A stretch of 64,000 nucleotides of DNA from Eledone cirrhosa (taxonomy: Eukaryota). The notes under the pieces are model-generated. The model was not told the DNA's origin, did no database searches, and saw nothing but the letters and a program-made list of their open reading frames with translations. The DNA is taken from assembly GCA_964016885.1 (NCBI GenBank), contig OZ024744.1, forward strand, positions 109,678,001 to 109,742,000. The letters are read 5' to 3'. Positions 60,901 through 64,000 of the stretch are shown here, piece after piece. Every line of letters begins with the position of its first letter. Positions within the stretch are counted from its first letter, which is position 1. A program made the position numbers and the translations under genes.

Positions 60901-63900
60901 AATATCAGATTGAACCAATACAGGGAACTAGAGAAATAATATCATACTGAACCAATACAGGGAACTAGAGAAATAATATCAGACTGAACCAATACAGGGA
61001 ACTAGAGAAATAATATCAGACTGAACCAATACAGGGAACTAGAAAAATAATATCAGACTGAACAAATACAGGGGACTAGAGAAATAATATCACACTGAAC
61101 AAATACAGGGAACTAGAGAAATAATATCAGACTGAACCAATACAGGGTACTAGAGAAATAATATCAGACTGAACCAACAGAGGGAACTTGAGAAATAATA
61201 TCAGACTGAACCAATACAGGGAACTAGAGAAATAATATCAGACTGAACCAACACAGGGAACTAGAGAAATAATATCAGACTGAACCAATACAGGGAACTA
61301 GAGAAATAATATCAGACTGAACCAATACAGGGAACTAGAGAAATAATATCAGACTGAACCAACACAGGGAACTAGAGAAATAATATCAGACTGAACCAAC
61401 ACAGGGAACTAGAGAAATAATATCAGACTGAACCAATACAGGGAACTAGAGAAATAATATCAGACTGAACCAATACAGGGAACTAGAGAAATAATATCAG
61501 ACTGAACCAATACAGGGAACTAGAGAAATAATATCAGACTGAACCAATACAGGGAACTAGAGAAATAATATCAGACTGAACCAATACAGGGAACTAGAGA
61601 AATAATATCAGACTGAACCAATACAGGGAACTAGAGAAATAATATCAGACTGAACCAACACAGGGAACTAGAGAAATAATATCAGACTGAACCAATACAG
61701 GGAACTAGAGAAATAATATCAGACTGAACCAATACAGGGAACTAGAGAAATAATATCAGACTGAACCAATACAGGGAACTAGAGAAATAATATCAGACTG
61801 AACCAATAGAGGGAACTTGAGAAATAATATCAGACTGAACCAATACAGGGAACTAGAGAAATAATATCAGACTGAACAAATAGAGGGAACTTGAGAAATA
61901 ATATCAGACTGAACAAATAGAGGGAACTTGAGAAATAATATCAGACTGAACAAATAGAGGGAACTAGAGAAATAATATCAGACTGAACAAATAGAGGGAA
62001 CTTGAGAAATAATATCAGACTGAACAAATAGAGGGACCTAGAGAAATAATATCAGACTGAACCAATAGAGGGAACTAGAGAAATAATATCAGACTGAACC
62101 AATAGAGGGGACTAGAGAAATAATATCAGACTGAACCAATACAGGGAACTTGAGAAGTATTATCAGACTGAACCAATACAGGGAACTAGAGAAATAATAT
62201 CAGACTGAACCAATACAGGGAACTAGAGAAATAATATCAACTGAACCAATAGAGGGAACTAGAGAAATAATATCAGACTGAACCAATACAGGGAACTAGA
62301 GAAATAATATCAGACTGAACCAATACAGGGAACTAGAGAAATAATATCAGACTGAACCAATACAGGGAACTAGAGAAATAATATTAGACTGAACCAATAG
62401 AGGGAACTAGAGAAATAATATCAGACTGAACCAATACAAGGAACTAGAGAAATAATATCAGTCTGAACCAATACAGGGAACTAGAGAAATAATATCAGAC
62501 TGAACCAATAGAGGGAACTAGAGAAATAATATCAGACTCAACCAATAGAGGGAACTAGAGAAATAATATCAGACTGAACAAATACAGGGAACTAGAGAAA
62601 TAATATCAGACTGAACCAATAGAGGGACCTAGAGAAATAATATCAGACTGAACCAATAGAGGGAACTAGAGAAATAATATCAGACTGAACCAATAGAGGG
62701 GACTAGAGAAATAATATCAGACTGAACCAACAGAGGGAACTAGAGAAATAATATCAGGCTGAACCAACAGAGGGAACTAGAGAAATAATATCAGACTGAA
62801 CCAATACAGGGAACTAGAGAAATATTATCAGACTGAACCAATACAGGGAACTAGAGAAATAATATCAGACTGAACCAATACAGGGAACTTGAGAAATAAT
62901 ATCAGACTGAACCAATACAGGGAACTAGAGAAATAATATCAGACTGAACCAATACAGGGAACTAGAGAAATAATATCAGACTGAACCAATACAGGGAACT
63001 TGAGAAATAATATCAGGCTGAACCAATAGAGGGAACAAGAGAAATAATATCAGACTGAACCAATACAGGGAACTAGAGAAATAATATTAGACTGAACCAA
63101 TACAGGGAACTAGAGAAATAATATCAGACTGAACTAATACAGGGAACTAGAGAAATAATATCAGACTGAACCAATACAGGGAACTAGAGAAATAATATCA
63201 CACTGAACCAATAGAGGGAACAAGAGAAATAATATCAGACTGAACCAATACAGGGAACTAGAGAAATAATATTAGACTGAACCAATACAGGGAACTAGAG
63301 AAATAATATCAGACTGAACCAATAGAGGGAACAAGAGAAATAATATCAGACTGAACCAATACAGGGAACTAGAGAAATAATATCAGACTGAACCAATACA
63401 GGGAACTAGAGAAATAATATCAGACTGAACCAATACAGGGAACTAGAGAAATAATATCAGACTGAAACAATACAGGGAACTAGAGAAATAATATCAGACT
63501 GAACCAATACAGGGAACTAGAGAAATAATATCAGACTGAACCAATACAAGGAACTAGAGAAATAATATCAGACTGAACCAATACAGGGAACTAGAGAAAT
63601 AATATCAGACTGAACAAATAGAGGGAACTTGAGAAATAATATCAGACTGAACCAATACAGGGAACTAGAGAAATAATATCAGACTGAACCAATAGAGGGA
63701 ACTAGAGAAATAATATCAGACTGAACCAATACAGGGAACTAGAGAAATAATATCAGACTGAACAAATAGAGGGAACTTGAGAAATAATATCAGACTGAAC
63801 CAATACAAGGAACTAGAGAAATAATATCAGACTGAACCAATACAGGGAACTAGAGAAGTAATATCAGACTGAACCAATACAAGGAACTAGAGAAATAATA

Positions 63901-64000
63901 TCAGACTGAACCAATACAAGGAACTAGAGAAATAATATCAGACTGAACCAATAGAGGGAACTTTAGAAATAATATCAGGCTGAACCAATAGAGGGAACTA
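48962..64000. repeat. Higher-order repeat domain with a 144-monomer (5327 bp) unit; copies start at about 48962 (expanded), 56805 and 62132 (cut off by the window end)
   Basis: Markers at a 5327 bp offset (144x37-1): CTTGAGAAGTATT monomer 56805/62132, ATCAACTG deletion 56915/62242, AGTCTG 57137/62464, CCGAACCAGTAG 55251/60578, GGAATTAG monomer 54437/59764. CTTTAG occurs at 50791, 58671 and 63961. Confidence 0.9.
52254..56545. repeat. Tandem duplication of a 58-monomer block (2146 bp) inside the first copy of the 144-mer HOR
   Basis: GGAATTAG monomer 52291/54437, CCGAACCAGTAG 53105/55251 and the G+CTTGA monomer 54326/56472 are all 2146 bp (58x37) apart. GGGTACT, ATCATACT and TGACCCAAT variants recur likewise. 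Confidence 0.9.

Larger units (their letters stand above)
1..64000. repeat. Tandem satellite array of a 37-bp monomer (TGAACCAATACAGGGAACTAGAGAAATAATATCAGAC), about 1729.5 copies, single orientation, open at both ends
   Basis: Monomers start at 1, 38, 75 and so on. Phase is exact to 6180 (1+167x37). The last monomer starts at 63981 = 1+1729x37+7, matching the tallied indels (+17, -10). Monomers usually differ from consensus by 0-3 substitutions. No non-repeat sequence or inversion was seen. Confidence 0.99.

Noticed and set aside
1-64000. CRISPR array (37 bp is a typical repeat length)
   Set aside because: Monomers abut directly with no unique spacers. The variable half differs only by point substitutions, and no leader or cas gene is present.
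1-64000. Giant repetitive CDS on either strand
   Set aside because: 37 is not a multiple of 3, so every frame cycles through all phases. The + strand meets TGA, TAG and TAA every 111 bp and the - strand meets TGA and TAG. The consensus has no ATG, and no single stop-codon reassignment opens a frame.
1-64000. Telomeric repeat or G-quadruplex array
   Set aside because: There is only one GGG run per 37 bp, separated by 34 nt. The unit matches no telomerase repeat I recognise, and multi-kb duplicated variant patterns indicate recombinational rather than templated synthesis.
1-64000. Embedded transposon, tRNA, rRNA or other unique island hidden in the array
   Set aside because: Reading through, I found no departure from the monomer, and the phase arithmetic (1729x37+7) is fully explained by the small indels listed.
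1-64000. Rolling-circle or concatemer sequencing artefact of a single 37-mer
   Set aside because: Variants recur in ordered, nested blocks at exact multi-kb offsets, which random sequencing error would not produce. Local mis-assembly of individual duplications remains possible.

Overview
The whole 64 kb window is one uninterrupted, head-to-tail tandem array of a 37-bp monomer, consensus TGAACCAATACAGGGAACTAGAGAAATAATATCAGAC (35% GC, 18/37 A on the + strand, no CpG). It runs off both ends of the window. By my hand count it holds 1729 complete monomers plus 20 bp: 17 monomers of 38 bp, 7 of 36 bp and 1 of 34 bp, a net +7 bp that exactly matches the start of the last monomer at 63981. I see no genes, RNA genes, transposons, spacers or unique sequence, and the consensus has stop codons every 111 bp in all six frames. 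It is best read as satellite or giant minisatellite DNA, probably eukaryotic (inference); I cannot name the family or organism. The informative signal is the order of monomer variants, which shows layered higher-order repeats (HORs): short local duplications at 1-6 kb, a variable HOR with a ~52-monomer core at 6-38 kb, a transitional zone at 38-49 kb, and a 144-monomer (5327 bp) HOR from 49 kb to the end. I found no supportable new protein-coding or CRISPR-like system. All counts were made by eye and should be confirmed computationally.
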